From positions 82,746-146,745 of the forward strand of contig CAVZIW010000008.1 of assembly GCA_963775465.1 (NCBI GenBank): a stretch of DNA of 64,000 nucleotides, in the 5' to 3' direction. Of the stretch, positions 37,824-48,343 are shown piece after piece (position 1 is the stretch's first letter; every line of letters starts with the position of its first letter). The translations under genes and the position numbers were made by a program. The notes under the pieces were generated by a model. It did no database searches. It was not told where the DNA came from and was given only the letters and a program-made list of their open reading frames with translations. The stretch is from Candidatus Bathyarchaeota archaeon. GTDB taxonomy: Archaea; Thermoproteota; Bathyarchaeia; Bathyarchaeales; Bathycorpusculaceae.

Positions 37824-38813
37824 TTAGTAGTAACTTGGTTGTTCACTGATTTCTTTTAATGCTCGTAGTCGTTTGATAATGTTCGGGTGGGTAGAAAAGA
37901 TTTCTACAAGTTTATCACTTGAAGTAGGCTGCTTTGATAGTGTATCTCGTAGCAAATCTTCTTTATTTGCAACGTGATTGGCGTGTAATTCTGCGGAGTC
38001 TGCGGTTGCGCGTTCTGGGTCAGCAATGAAGAGTGCTTTGTAGGCTGTTTTACTGTTTCTTTCCTCTTTTTTGGTCTTGCCCATTTGATGTTTGCTTTCT
38101 TCAACTATTGTGACTAAGCCTGTGGAGAGTTTTTGGGCTCCGTTTTCAACGATTTGGGCACTGTGTCTGTCCGCGTAGTATTCACGCAATCTGCTTAGGT
38201 ATAATGTGAATAGGGTTAGTATCCATGAGAAGGCCATGAAGGCTATTCCAAAGAGCGCGTTGTTTCCTCCTTCATTTCTGCGTCCTCCTCCAAAAATCCC
38301 TGACAACATAAGTGAGTAACCAATGTAATAGAAGAGTGCGGGAAGGAAAGAGACAACCATCATGACTTGGACATCTCTGTGTTTTAGATGACCAAGCTCG
38401 TGTCCTATTACTGCTTCAACTTCGCCCTCATCCAGATTCTTGAGTAGTCCTTCGGTTACCGCAACGCGGCTACCTGAAAGGGGTGAACCATAAGCGAAAG
38501 CGTTAGGTAGTTGAATTTGAGATAACATCAGTTTTGGAGTGGATATTTTACTTTTCTTGCTCAGTTCAGAAACCATTTGGTGCAATTTCGGATTCTCGTC
38601 AGATTTCATTTCTTTTACTTTATAGATGGCGCCAACTAAGTATGGGGCTAATAGCCATTGAACCACATTAAGAGCGACAACGAGAATACCGATAGTTAAG
38701 ATGCTTAAACCTATTCCAGCCCAAAACAGAACTGCTGTAAATACAAGTGTTGTTAAACCAAAGATTGCAGCTAAAGTTGCAGCCATAGAAAGACGTAGTT
38801 TCCAAGTGTTCAT
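37824..38813 (-). CDS. htpX: M48 zinc metalloprotease HtpX
   Basis: PNAFA, HELGH, SRLREYYAD and STHP motifs. Confidence 0.93.
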   Translation of the reverse strand: MNTWKLRLSMAATLAAIFGLTTLVFTAVLFWAGIGLSILTIGILVVALNVVQWLLAPYLVGAIYKVKEMKSDENPKLHQMVSELSKKSKISTPKLMLSQIQLPNAFAYGSPLSGSRVAVTEGLLKNLDEGEVEAVIGHELGHLKHRDVQVMMVVSFLPALFYYIGYSLMLSGIFGGGRRNEGGNNALFGIAFMAFSWILTLFTLYLSRLREYYADRHSAQIVENGAQKLSTGLVTIVEESKHQMGKTKKEERNSKTAYKALFIADPERATADSAELHANHVANKEDLLRDTLSKQPTSSDKLVEIFSTHPNIIKRLRALKEISEQPSYY

Positions 38814-38913
38814 GCTCTCTCACTATCTATTTCTCATGTTTCTTTACGGGCGCTTATAACTTTTATGCGGTAAATCTAACCAAACACAAATGAAAGACAA
38901 TGAGATGAATTTT

Positions 38914-39633
38914 TTACTTTGCATGAGCGACAATGATGAGTCTGTCAGCCTTAGCGGTGAACATTTGTTCTTCATAACCGCCAAAAACCTGTTTTACTTC
39001 AAAATCTGCCTCCTCCATAATCTTCTTTAAGTGTTTTAATTCATACAATCGTACGATATGTGAATACGAATATTTTTTCCCGTTTGTTTTATCGTGAACC
39101 GTCCATGAGTCGTAAAGCCACTCTCCATCGAAGCTTACTGTTCTTTTTTGATCGAGAAAGAAATCGGGGTATTCGATCCGTTTGCTCTTTTCACTTCTAT
39201 ACTTTCTGATTATTTGGTCTTTATTGAATAAATCCAAAACAACTTTTGAATTATCTTTAACCACTTTTCTAAGCTCTATCAAGACCTTTTTATCATCCTC
39301 TTTCGTAGGTAGATACCCCAAACTTGTATCCATGCTGATTGCCGCAAAAAAAGCGGTGATTTTGAATGGCAAAAAACGGATGTCGGCTCGGATGAGGTGG
39401 ATTTGTCTATTTTGTTGTTTGGCCACTTGGAGGAGTTTCATGGAAATATCCAACCCTGCCATTTCAAATCCTAATCTGCTTAGGGCAATCATGTGTCGTC
39501 CAGTTCCACAAGCTAGGTCCAAGACGAAACCTTGAGGCTTTAGATGATTTTTTATAAAGCTGATTTGGCGCTCCGTCTGGTTTTCTTCTGCGATTTCAGC
39601 CCAATATTTTCCCATTTCATCAAATACATTCAT
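38914..39633 (-). CDS. Class I SAM-dependent methyltransferase
   Basis: VLDLACGTGRH and GLDIS motifs. Confidence 0.9.
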   Translation of the reverse strand: MNVFDEMGKYWAEIAEENQTERQISFIKNHLKPQGFVLDLACGTGRHMIALSRLGFEMAGLDISMKLLQVAKQQNRQIHLIRADIRFLPFKITAFFAAISMDTSLGYLPTKEDDKKVLIELRKVVKDNSKVVLDLFNKDQIIRKYRSEKSKRIEYPDFFLDQKRTVSFDGEWLYDSWTVHDKTNGKKYSYSHIVRLYELKHLKKIMEEADFEVKQVFGGYEEQMFTAKADRLIIVAHAK

Positions 39634-39858
39634 TTGTATGTCGTCTATATCTTGTCATCTAATGTTCAATAATTATATTATTGTGACGTAGATAGCGATT
39701 TAGTTTTGAGAGCTTCTAATTTAAAGGGAAATAGCAGAATTAGTAGTTCTCGCGATTTTGTAATGAGGTTTTAGAGTTATCTAAAGGTATGAAATCTGTG
39801 AGACTTCGAGTCGCTTAAATATTTACGATGCTATTTTTCTTCCAATGGAGAAGAAGTA

Positions 39859-40548
39859 TTGACGGAAAAGCAACAGTGGCAGCACCTTTACATGCTCCTA
39901 AAACTTGCCGAAATGGGTGCCTATAAGCGAATTGCGAAAATCTCAACCGATTACTTAGCTAGAAAACTTGGGATTTCCCAGCAAACCGCTTCACGACATT
40001 TGATTGAGCTTGAACGTGAAGGCTGGATTCAACGTAATATAACTCCAGAAGGCAGCTTGATAATAATCGAAGAGCAAGGTGCTAAAGAACTTCAGAAATT
40101 GCGTTCGAGTTTAAATGTATTAATTGAGAAATCTTATCCTCCATCTGTTACATTGGAAGGAACAGTTTTTACGGGTCTAGGTGAAGGCGCTTACTATATT
40201 TGCAAAGAGCATTATCGCAAGCAAATTATGGAGAAACTGGGTTTTGAACCATTTCCAGGTACTCTAAACATTAGGCTTTCCATGGATTATGATATAAAAA
40301 CTCGTATGGAACTTGACACTTTCCCTGCCATAGAGCTCAAGGGCTTCAGAAATGAGGATCGTACATTTGGTTTGGTGAAATGTTATCCTGCGGTTATAGG
40401 AGGGACAATTAAAGGTGCATTGATAACTGCTCTTCGAAGCCACTATGATGCTTCGGTTTTAGAGATAATTGCACCTGTTTGTCTGCGGAGTCATCTAGGG
40501 CTTAAAGACGGCAACAAAGTCAAAGTCGAAGTCTACACTATGCCGTGA
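39859..40548 (+). CDS. ribK: CTP-dependent riboflavin kinase with N-terminal HTH (RbkR type)
   Basis: SQQTASRHL HTH; GLGEGAYY, PFPGTLN and LEIIAP motifs. Confidence 0.93.
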   Translation: MTEKQQWQHLYMLLKLAEMGAYKRIAKISTDYLARKLGISQQTASRHLIELEREGWIQRNITPEGSLIIIEEQGAKELQKLRSSLNVLIEKSYPPSVTLEGTVFTGLGEGAYYICKEHYRKQIMEKLGFEPFPGTLNIRLSMDYDIKTRMELDTFPAIELKGFRNEDRTFGLVKCYPAVIGGTIKGALITALRSHYDASVLEIIAPVCLRSHLGLKDGNKVKVEVYTMP

Positions 40549-40550
40549 CT

Positions 40551-41159
40551 CTAAAAAGGTGAAGTCCTGTACTTGAATTGTTTATGCTCAGTTGTGGGTT
40601 TTCGTCTTGAAGCAATTAAGTAACCAACGAGTAAGCCGAAAACTAATCCACCTAAATGCGCCAAAATATTTACTCCTTCCCCGCTGTTAATAAAGAACAA
40701 AAAGAATGCGAAAACTAATCCTCCTAAAATCGATTGCCTGACAGAGCGCCTGTCATAAATCACGCATGCACCAAAAAGCGAGAAGATTGCACCTGAAGCT
40801 CCTACTCCTGCAACATATAGGGGGCCAAACTGCAAGTAAAGAAGGTTACCTGCTAGTCCGCCTAGAATGTAGATTCCCAAAAATTCAGGTAACGAGAACA
40901 TTTCTTCGCCACGCAATCCAAAGATTAACAGGAAAAGCAAGTTACCCACTAAATGGAATATTGAGGCATGGATGAACATAGATGTGAGCAGTTGCCAATA
41001 AGCTCCTTCATATAAAACTAAACCGTTTACTTGCCCCCAAGTTACGTAGACTTCTGGGCTTGTTTGTAGTGCGTTTCCTCCCACTATCGCGCCTGCAATG
41101 TAGATGGCCACGTTTATGCCGATTAGAATGTATGTTGGCTTGTACTTTTCGCATCCCAT
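40551..41159 (-). CDS. Rhomboid family intramembrane serine protease
   Basis: WQLLTSMFIH..HLVGN, GASGA and AHLGG motifs. Confidence 0.93.
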   Translation of the reverse strand: MGCEKYKPTYILIGINVAIYIAGAIVGGNALQTSPEVYVTWGQVNGLVLYEGAYWQLLTSMFIHASIFHLVGNLLFLLIFGLRGEEMFSLPEFLGIYILGGLAGNLLYLQFGPLYVAGVGASGAIFSLFGACVIYDRRSVRQSILGGLVFAFFLFFINSGEGVNILAHLGGLVFGLLVGYLIASRRKPTTEHKQFKYRTSPF

Positions 41160-41172
41160 AATTGTGCAACCA

Positions 41173-41634
41173 TTATTTGGCGAATTTATCAATTATTTTC
41201 TGTCTAATCTTAGATGAACTATCTAAAGCATTCTCCCCAAACTTACCTATCCTAACCACAACAATAGGAAGACAATTAGCTTCGATGTACGTTTTAACTT
41301 CATCTTCCATTCCTGATTGATCATAGCCCAAAGCGATGATATCCGGCTTTGTTTTTTCGATAACTTCACCTATATGAAAACGCTCATAGCCAAGGACAAC
41401 ATCATCAACAACCTTCAACGACTTGACCAAAGCGCACCGTTGGTCTTCGGACATTATTGGTTTTCTGCCCTTAGTTTTTTCCACAGTTGTATCCCGCGCA
41501 ACGATGACGACTAACTTCGCTTTTTCTCCACCTGATTTCTTGGCTTCCTCCAGAAACCTTACGTGACCTAAGTGCAACAGGTCAAAAACACCTGAAGCTA
41601 AAACTACTTTTCTTTTATTTGATTTGTTGGCCAT
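41173..41634 (-). CDS. ribL: FAD synthase (cytidyltransferase fold)
   Basis: GVFDLLHLGH, VARD, PDIIALGYDQ and SSSKI motifs. Confidence 0.9.
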   Translation of the reverse strand: MANKSNKRKVVLASGVFDLLHLGHVRFLEEAKKSGGEKAKLVVIVARDTTVEKTKGRKPIMSEDQRCALVKSLKVVDDVVLGYERFHIGEVIEKTKPDIIALGYDQSGMEDEVKTYIEANCLPIVVVRIGKFGENALDSSSKIRQKIIDKFAK

Positions 41635-41885
41635 TCGAATTCCACAGCGCCCATTAATCTTAACGCGTCAAGTATGCCTTCACAGTAAACGACGCTAGCT
41701 AAACTGGTTTCAAGCTTTCCTTGAGTTTTATAATATTTTGCATCTTTTAAATAATCAGTTGCCCAATGCAGAATTTCCGTTATCTTCTCCTCATTTAGGT
41801 TGATAGGCGTTGGGTTAAGAATTATTTTGTTAAGTACTTTTTCAGCCATTGAAATGTATTTAGTTGCTAGCGTTTCCAAGCTCAT
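41604..41885 (-). CDS. DUF357 domain protein
   Basis: YLKDAKYY..SLASVVYCEGILDALR; usual neighbour of dph5. Confidence 0.88.
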   Translation of the reverse strand: MSLETLATKYISMAEKVLNKIILNPTPINLNEEKITEILHWATDYLKDAKYYKTQGKLETSLASVVYCEGILDALRLMGAVEFEWPTNQIKEK

Positions 41886-42679
41886 TGGGCAGGCCTCTTT
41901 AGGGTTGCTGGTGCATCTGCAAAAGCTATCAGAGCTTCAATTTCCATAAAATGCAATTCCCCTGGAATGATGAGGCTAAAGGGTGGTTCTCCGAAATCAA
42001 AGTCGCTTAAATTCCGAACATAATCAGCCTTCAACTTTGGGCTGATATTTCCTGCTCTCGCAATTCCTACTGCAACTGTGTCCGGCGTTATAATGTTCAT
42101 TTTCTTCCTTTGTTCAATTTCGAGCAACATTTTGATTGCTTGGTTGATTGATAAGTATTCGTTGGAGGTTGCCTTAAGGTCTAGAAGGCAAAGGGTATGC
42201 AACTGTGTGCTCTTATTTTGAGCGATTACATTATAGGGTGTTTCAGAAAAATTCTCTGGGAAGGGTACGGTTACAGTTTTTCCAAACTTGTAATTATGCA
42301 AACCTGATAGACTTATAATTGCAGATATTATTGAGATGCCATGAACTATTCGAGTTTTTATTCGCTGTTTTTTTGCTTCAATTCGTAACGTGATATGGGT
42401 AGTTGCTATGAAGGGGTCTCCGGGAACTAAAAAAACTGTTTTGCCCATTTTGGCGGCTTGCAGGATGACTTTGCCGTTTTCTTCTTCAAGTGTTTGGCGA
42501 TCAACTAATTGCACTTTTTTTCCTACTGATAACTCAAACCGTTTTAAACTGAAGTCGGGCATTCGGCTTGTGTAGTTTTCCATGAAAACGTGGTTTGCAG
42601 TTTTTGTTTCTTCTAAACCTTTGACAGTGATGCCTTTTTCGTCATTTAATCCTAAGCCTACGAATACTATTTCATTCAA
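41882..42679 (-). CDS. dph5: Diphthine synthase
   Basis: FVGLGL, ENYTS, GDPFIATTH, YKFGKTVT and HTLCLLD motifs. Confidence 0.95.
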   Translation of the reverse strand: MNEIVFVGLGLNDEKGITVKGLEETKTANHVFMENYTSRMPDFSLKRFELSVGKKVQLVDRQTLEEENGKVILQAAKMGKTVFLVPGDPFIATTHITLRIEAKKQRIKTRIVHGISIISAIISLSGLHNYKFGKTVTVPFPENFSETPYNVIAQNKSTQLHTLCLLDLKATSNEYLSINQAIKMLLEIEQRKKMNIITPDTVAVGIARAGNISPKLKADYVRNLSDFDFGEPPFSLIIPGELHFMEIEALIAFADAPATLKRPAQ

Positions 42680-42714
42680 AGCCAGCCCTTCCTGAATATT
42701 AGGTTTAATGCTTA

Positions 42715-42900
42715 TTATTTTTCCTTAATTTTGTTTTCATTAGCTAAAATATTATAGTAGGATCGGCAGGTTTCTGGTGAAAGTGAGTGACGTTCGCAGA
42801 ATATAGTTAATACTTTCTCGATTGGTGTTTTTGGGTCTTTTTCTTTAATCATTTCTCTTAGTTCTTCGATATGGTGTTCATCATCTTTTCTGTCGCTCAT
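42715..42900 (-). CDS. Small hypothetical protein
   Basis: MSDRKDDEHH..FCERHSLSPETCRSYY; purine-rich RBS. Confidence 0.6.
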   Translation of the reverse strand: MSDRKDDEHHIEELREMIKEKDPKTPIEKVLTIFCERHSLSPETCRSYYNILANENKIKEK

Positions 42901-43051
42901 GCCATTTTCCTTTTCCTTGTTTATTATCATTCTTTTGCCTGTTCAAAAACCCTTTCACTAATGATTCCTTTGTGATGAAACATCCAACCAAACGTTTATA
43001 TGATTTACGTTTGCTGAAACTTCTCGCTTAGCGGCAAATGAAGGTTAACAC

Positions 43052-44183
43052 ATGAAGTCCATCGAGAGCCTAATTAAAGATAGCGTTAGAAACCTTAAAC
43101 CATGTATTCATGGTGCAGAGTTATTGGGTGCCGCTGAACAAAGTGGGATTCAACCAGAAGCAATTAGTGATTTTAGTTCTAGCGTCAATCCACTTGGTCC
43201 ATCGAAAAAAGCTTTAGAAAGCGCCAAAGAAGCCTTTAGCCAAATCGCGGCTTATCCTGATTCAAACTCAAACCAGCTTCGTCGAGTCATAGCCACCCAC
43301 TTCGGGATAGACAAAGCTCAAATCGTGGTTGGGAATGGCTCCACGGAACTCATGTACTTATTCGCTGATGTTTTTCTAAATCAAGGAGACAAAGTGGTTA
43401 TGCCAGCGCCGACATTTGGAGAGTATGAAAGTGCCGTTTGCAAAACTGGCGAAACCCCAATATTCGTTAAACTAAACGATAAATTTGGTATCGATATTCA
43501 CGCCTTTAAACATGAGATGACTGGTGCAAAAATGGTTTTCCTTTGCAACCCGAACAACCCTACAAGCATGCTTATCCCCAAAGAAGCTTTAACTGAAATC
43601 GTTGAGACTGGCTTTGGCGCAAAATACATTAGTGTTTCTTGATGAGGATTTCTTGGAGTTTGTTGAAGGGGAGCGATCTCTCTCGATGATTAGCCAGATC
43701 AATAAATTCTCGAACCTGTTTATTTTGCGGTCGTTTACAAAAATTTTTGGTTTAACAGGTTTGCGCGTTGGATATGGGATAGCCAACAAGGATATTATTG
43801 ACATGCTTACGAGGGCCAAGATTCCTTGGAATGTTAATTGTATTGGTCAAGCTGCTGCAGTTGCTGCTTTGAATGATGACGAGCATCTTCGAGTTACACT
43901 TGAAGTCATTAATAAGGAAAAAATTTGGTTAGCAAAAGAACTTTGCAGCCTTACGGGTTTCAGTTTTTCAATGCCAGATGCCAACTTTTTCTTCATTGAT
44001 GTTCATAAGTCAGGTTTCACGGCCAAAGAATTGAAAAACGGTATGTTAAAGCAGGGGTTGTTAATTCGTGATTGTACCTCCTTTAAAGGTTTAGATGAAT
44101 ATTACATTCGAGTTGCGGTTAAAACCCACGACGAAAACCTTCGTCTTATTGAGGCATTTAAACGAATAATTAAACCGGTTTGA
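43052..44183 (+). CDS. cobD: L-threonine-O-3-phosphate decarboxylase (class I/II PLP enzyme), +1 frameshift at ~43611
   Basis: HG..DFSSSVNPLG, YPD, GNGSTE, CNPNNPT / SFTKIFGLTGLRVGY, LIRDC; adjacent to cbiB. HisC cannot be excluded from sequence alone. Confidence 0.8.
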
Positions 44184-44190
44184 GCCACCT

Positions 44191-45168
44191 ATGCTTTGGT
44201 TTGATGTTTCATGGTTTGTCGATTCCGCGATTATCTTTGCGTTAGCTTTTTTGATTGATTTGGTTTTTGGCGAGTACCCTGACAAGATTCATCCAACGAT
44301 CGGTATAGGAAAACTCATCTCTTACTTAAAATGTAGAATTAGGAATTCAAATCCGAAAGTGGAGAAGTTAAATGGCGCCCTAATGGCTTTAGCAATCATT
44401 CTGGTTTTTGCGTTTCCTGTGTTCTTGTTGCTCTTCTGGCTAAGAGGATTGTTATACCCATTTGGCGAAATCTTCTACATACTTGTTGGTGCCATCCTAT
44501 TCAAATCAACATTTGCTATTAGTGGAATGGGACAATATACCGCGCCTATCGCGAAAGCTCTAAAACAAAACGATTTAGCTGGCACCCGCAAATGGTTGCC
44601 CTATATTGTGCGCCGTGACCCAAATACTCTAAATGAGCGTCAAATTATTTCGGCTGCGGTAGAATCCATTGCTGAGAGCACAACTGATGGCATAACAGGG
44701 CCTTTCTTTTTTTTTGGTCTTTTTGGGGTTCCAGGCGCTTTTGCATACCGTGTTGTCAATACTTTGGATTCGATGGTTGGCTACAAAAACTTGGAAAATC
44801 GGAACATCGGATGGTTCTCAGCAAAATTGGATACATTGGCTAATTATGTGCCTGCACGTGCGACGGCTTATTTGATGATTGTCGCTGCCTTCTTCCTCAA
44901 GGAAGATTGGCGTGAATCATGGCGTATCCTTCAACGTGACAAACACAAGACTGCAAGTCCAAACGCGGGATATACCATTAGCGCGATGGCAGGAGCCTTA
45001 AACATACAATTGGAAAAGAAAGGTTGCTACACTTTAGGCGACGATCATGGTATTTTAGCTGATCACATTCCGAGAGCGTTGAAGATGATGACTTTCACCG
45101 CTGCGTTGTTCGGTTTAGCTGTTGTTTTGCCTATTTTGGTTTTACGTATCTATGTTGTTGGGGTTTAG
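44191..45168 (+). CDS. cbiB: Adenosylcobinamide-phosphate synthase
   Basis: GEYP..HP, VRRD, ESIAESTTDG, YRVVNTLDSMVGY and SPNAG motifs. Confidence 0.95.
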   Translation: MLWFDVSWFVDSAIIFALAFLIDLVFGEYPDKIHPTIGIGKLISYLKCRIRNSNPKVEKLNGALMALAIILVFAFPVFLLLFWLRGLLYPFGEIFYILVGAILFKSTFAISGMGQYTAPIAKALKQNDLAGTRKWLPYIVRRDPNTLNERQIISAAVESIAESTTDGITGPFFFFGLFGVPGAFAYRVVNTLDSMVGYKNLENRNIGWFSAKLDTLANYVPARATAYLMIVAAFFLKEDWRESWRILQRDKHKTASPNAGYTISAMAGALNIQLEKKGCYTLGDDHGILADHIPRALKMMTFTAALFGLAVVLPILVLRIYVVGV

Positions 45169-45399
45169 CTCTCTTTAGTCTGGTTTTGGGGCTGTTAGCT
45201 TTTCCTATAACTTGGTGGCAATTGGGTTTAGGCTTATGAAGGAAGAAAAATCTCTTCTAAAAACTTGCCCAATTATATTGATATACATCAAAAAGACCCG
45301 TTTCCGCTTTATCCCGTTTGGCTTGTAAAAAGGTATGGTTTCTAATGGTTTTTATTTGGGGGCGGCATCAATGTATAGATATTAGAGAGGCAAAATCGT

Positions 45400-46575
45400 T
45401 TGAAAGGGAAACCACTTGTCAGCATAGTAAGCGCTGGAATGTCCAAGTTCGGAAAACATGATGGTTTACTCGCACGGGAGATTTTTAGCCAAGCTGCCAG
45501 TGAAGCTTACAGTCGCTGTCCTAAACTTGAGCCAAAAAGCGACATTAAAGCCATGTTTATTGGACACATGGGCGAAGCATATGAACATCAAGGTCACACT
45601 GGCAGTGCTGTTGCGGATTGGGCTGGTCTTGTTGGTATACCTGCAACTCGAACTGAAGCTGCTTGTGGTTCTTCAGGTGTTGCCTTGCGTTCAGGTATTT
45701 ATGCGGTTCTATCTGGGTTAGCAGATGTAGTTATTGTAGGTGGTGTGGAGAAGATGACGCATAGGACTACCGCGGAGGTTACCGAGTATCTTGCTATGGC
45801 ATCTGATTATCCTTTTGAACAGTGGCATGGTATAACCTTTCCCGGTTTATTCGCGTTGATGGCAACAGCTCATATGCATGCTTACGGAACCACACAGGAG
45901 CAGATGGCTCAAGTTGCGGTTAAGAATCATTATCACGGTAGCCTTAACCCTAAAGCGCACATGCAAAAAGAAATCACACTCGAGACAGTTATGACCTCAA
46001 GGTGTGTAGCATGGCCCCTAAAACTTTACGACTGTTCACTAATAACAGACGGTGCAAGTTGCATAATTTTAGCCAAACCTGAGCTTGCAGCCAAATACAC
46101 TGATCAACCTGTCCAGGTTGTCGGTAGCGGGCAAGCAAGTGACACTATTGGTCTTTATGAACGCAAAAGTCTCACGTCACTAAGCGCCACAAAACTTGCA
46201 GCGAAAACAGCGTATGAAATGGCTGATGTGAGACCCGAACAGATTAGCTTGGCGGAAGTACATGATTGCTTTACGTTTGCAGAATTAATGGCTTATGAAG
46301 ACCTTGGTTTCTGCAAGACAGGTGAGGGGGGCAAGCTTGTGGAAAGCGGACAAACACGTCTTGGTGGACTTACTCCCATTAATACAAGTGGAGGTCTAAA
46401 AGCTAAAGGTCACCCAGTTGGTGCTACAGGAACAGCACAAGCATACGAAGTCTATCTACAACTTACAAATCAAGCGGGTAAACGCCAAGTAAAAGATGCT
46501 AAAATTGGTTTAACTCATAATGTGGGCGGCTCTGGTGCGACGGCAGCAGTTCACATTTATAGGAGTAGCTCTTGA
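45400..46575 (+). CDS. Thiolase domain protein (archaeal acetyl-CoA acetyltransferase type)
   Basis: EAACGSS, GGVEKM, EVHDCF and GGLKAKGHPVGATG motifs. Confidence 0.92.
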   Translation: MKGKPLVSIVSAGMSKFGKHDGLLAREIFSQAASEAYSRCPKLEPKSDIKAMFIGHMGEAYEHQGHTGSAVADWAGLVGIPATRTEAACGSSGVALRSGIYAVLSGLADVVIVGGVEKMTHRTTAEVTEYLAMASDYPFEQWHGITFPGLFALMATAHMHAYGTTQEQMAQVAVKNHYHGSLNPKAHMQKEITLETVMTSRCVAWPLKLYDCSLITDGASCIILAKPELAAKYTDQPVQVVGSGQASDTIGLYERKSLTSLSATKLAAKTAYEMADVRPEQISLAEVHDCFTFAELMAYEDLGFCKTGEGGKLVESGQTRLGGLTPINTSGGLKAKGHPVGATGTAQAYEVYLQLTNQAGKRQVKDAKIGLTHNVGGSGATAAVHIYRSSS

Positions 46576-46976
46576 TGAGTGAGAATGAACCTTTTACGAT
46601 TGAACAATTCTACAAGTTTCTCCAGCAAGGTAAATTGCTGGCGGGAAAATGCGTAAAATGTGGAAAAATCCATTTGCCACCTCGACCTTTGTGCGATAAC
46701 TGCTATTCAAAAGAGTTTCAATGGGTTACTGTTTCAGGGAAAGGCACGCTTGTTACTTACACAGTGATCAACATTGCTCCTCAACAATTCCAAGACTTAA
46801 CTCCATATGCCGTCGGAATTGTCCAATTGGAAAATGGATTGAAAATTCCGGGAATGATACAAGGGATACCCCAGGAGAAGCTAAAAATTGGTATGCCGTT
46901 ATTGCTTGACTTCGGTTCATGCAGCACCCCGCAACAATGGCCGAAGTGGCCACGATATTGCTTTAAGCCTTCATAA
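46572..46976 (+). CDS. DUF35 zinc-ribbon/OB-fold protein
   Basis: KCVKCG..PPRPLCDNC..GTLVTYT; overlaps the thiolase stop. Confidence 0.92.
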   Translation: MMSENEPFTIEQFYKFLQQGKLLAGKCVKCGKIHLPPRPLCDNCYSKEFQWVTVSGKGTLVTYTVINIAPQQFQDLTPYAVGIVQLENGLKIPGMIQGIPQEKLKIGMPLLLDFGSCSTPQQWPKWPRYCFKPS

Positions 46977-47138
46977 ATCTCTTAATACTGTATTTCTTCT
47001 TTTTTACTCCATGGAGAGGAAAAAAGCCTGCTGTAAAGTGAATAGAAATCAAGGTTGTGGCAAAAAACATATTCGAAATCGAAAAATTTTGATAGGAAAA
47101 CAAATAAGCTTGCCAACTTTATTTGCGGTAGGGATTAA

Positions 47139-47483
47139 ATGACTATCTGGTTTTGCGTTAAAACAGCCCAAACCCCAAACATGGTGGCTGAAGTTGTTTG
47201 TGAATTCAATACATTTGATGAAGAAACATCCAATGGTAAATGTGTTTGGATAGTTGAGAAAGGTGAAGGTGCAGAAGAATATTGGCAAATCCTTTCCAAA
47301 TACGAGCGCCAAAAAGATGTTTCATGTGTGGCTCTGGTCTATCAAGAAGGCGACACCGTGGTTTTGGGCGAGGTTGCGGATGAAGTGCTACCAAATTTCT
47401 TGGCGCCCCTGCTGGCAAAGTACGGGTTTGATAATGTGAAATGGATTGTTGCCAACCCTCAACGGATAGAAGCGCTTGCTTAG
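47139..47483 (+). CDS. Hypothetical protein
   Basis: 114-aa ORF with protein-like composition, convergent with the ABC permease. Confidence 0.65.
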   Translation: MTIWFCVKTAQTPNMVAEVVCEFNTFDEETSNGKCVWIVEKGEGAEEYWQILSKYERQKDVSCVALVYQEGDTVVLGEVADEVLPNFLAPLLAKYGFDNVKWIVANPQRIEALA

Positions 47484-47491
47484 GTAGCAAT

Positions 47492-48343
47492 TTAGATCAT
47501 TTTGGCTCTCTTGATAGCTCTCATGGCTATCAAGTACATAGCAATTGTGAAAATTGAAATGACCGCCAAAGAAACCAACATGTCGATTGTTCCAAATTCA
47601 TAGTAGGTTCCCATTGAATAGAATTTTTGCCCAATAGAAAAATATCGTATGCCATTTATGAAATATGAAAGAGGATTAAGACTGCTTGCTATTTGAATGG
47701 CTACTGGCAGAGAATTCATTTGGTAAAGAGCATTGCTGGCGAAGAAAAGCGGTAGAGTAAGCAGAGTAATTACGCTCTGAATTGAATCGTGACCCTCTAT
47801 AGTTATTCCAAGAGTCAGGGCAAGAAACATGAGGCCCATACTAAACAAAACAACGAATAAGAATATCCCCAAAACAGAAAACAGCATATTCAATATTGTA
47901 AAACCAACAAAATATTTTACTCCCAAGATTAGACCAAAACCTAAAATTATTACTGTTTGAATTAGCGCTTTTGTTAATCCACTTAAACTTAACCCAAATA
48001 GTATGTGTGAGCGTTTTATTGGAGATGCAACCATCTCTTTCATTAAACCAAACTGCATGTCAAATTGGACATAGGTCCCTGAGTACAAACAAGTAAAAAG
48101 AATAGTCAAAGAAACTACTCCCGCAGCCATGAATGTTAAATAATCAACGGAGACAAAACCTGGTCTCAAAGAAGTTCCCGCGTTAATCAAATCGAAACTG
48201 CCTGACATCGACAGACCATAAATTGCTAGCCAGAGTGCCGGTTGAATTAGAGATGTGATTAAGACATATTTGGAGCGAAAAAACTTTTTCATATCTCTCC
48301 AGTAGACAGTTATAAAATCAGTTCTCACTTCCGACGCCTCCAA
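47492..48343 (-). CDS. ABC-2 type exporter permease
   Basis: Six-TM pattern; GLMKEMVASP, FFASNALY and NPLSY motifs. Confidence 0.9.
   Translation of the reverse strand: MEASEVRTDFITVYWRDMKKFFRSKYVLITSLIQPALWLAIYGLSMSGSFDLINAGTSLRPGFVSVDYLTFMAAGVVSLTILFTCLYSGTYVQFDMQFGLMKEMVASPIKRSHILFGLSLSGLTKALIQTVIILGFGLILGVKYFVGFTILNMLFSVLGIFLFVVLFSMGLMFLALTLGITIEGHDSIQSVITLLTLPLFFASNALYQMNSLPVAIQIASSLNPLSYFINGIRYFSIGQKFYSMGTYYEFGTIDMLVSLAVISIFTIAMYLIAMRAIKRAKMI

Noticed and set aside
42972-43018. Possible C/D-box sRNA (GTGATGA...CTGA)
   Set aside because: No convincing D'/C' boxes, and it overlaps the likely TATA box of cobD
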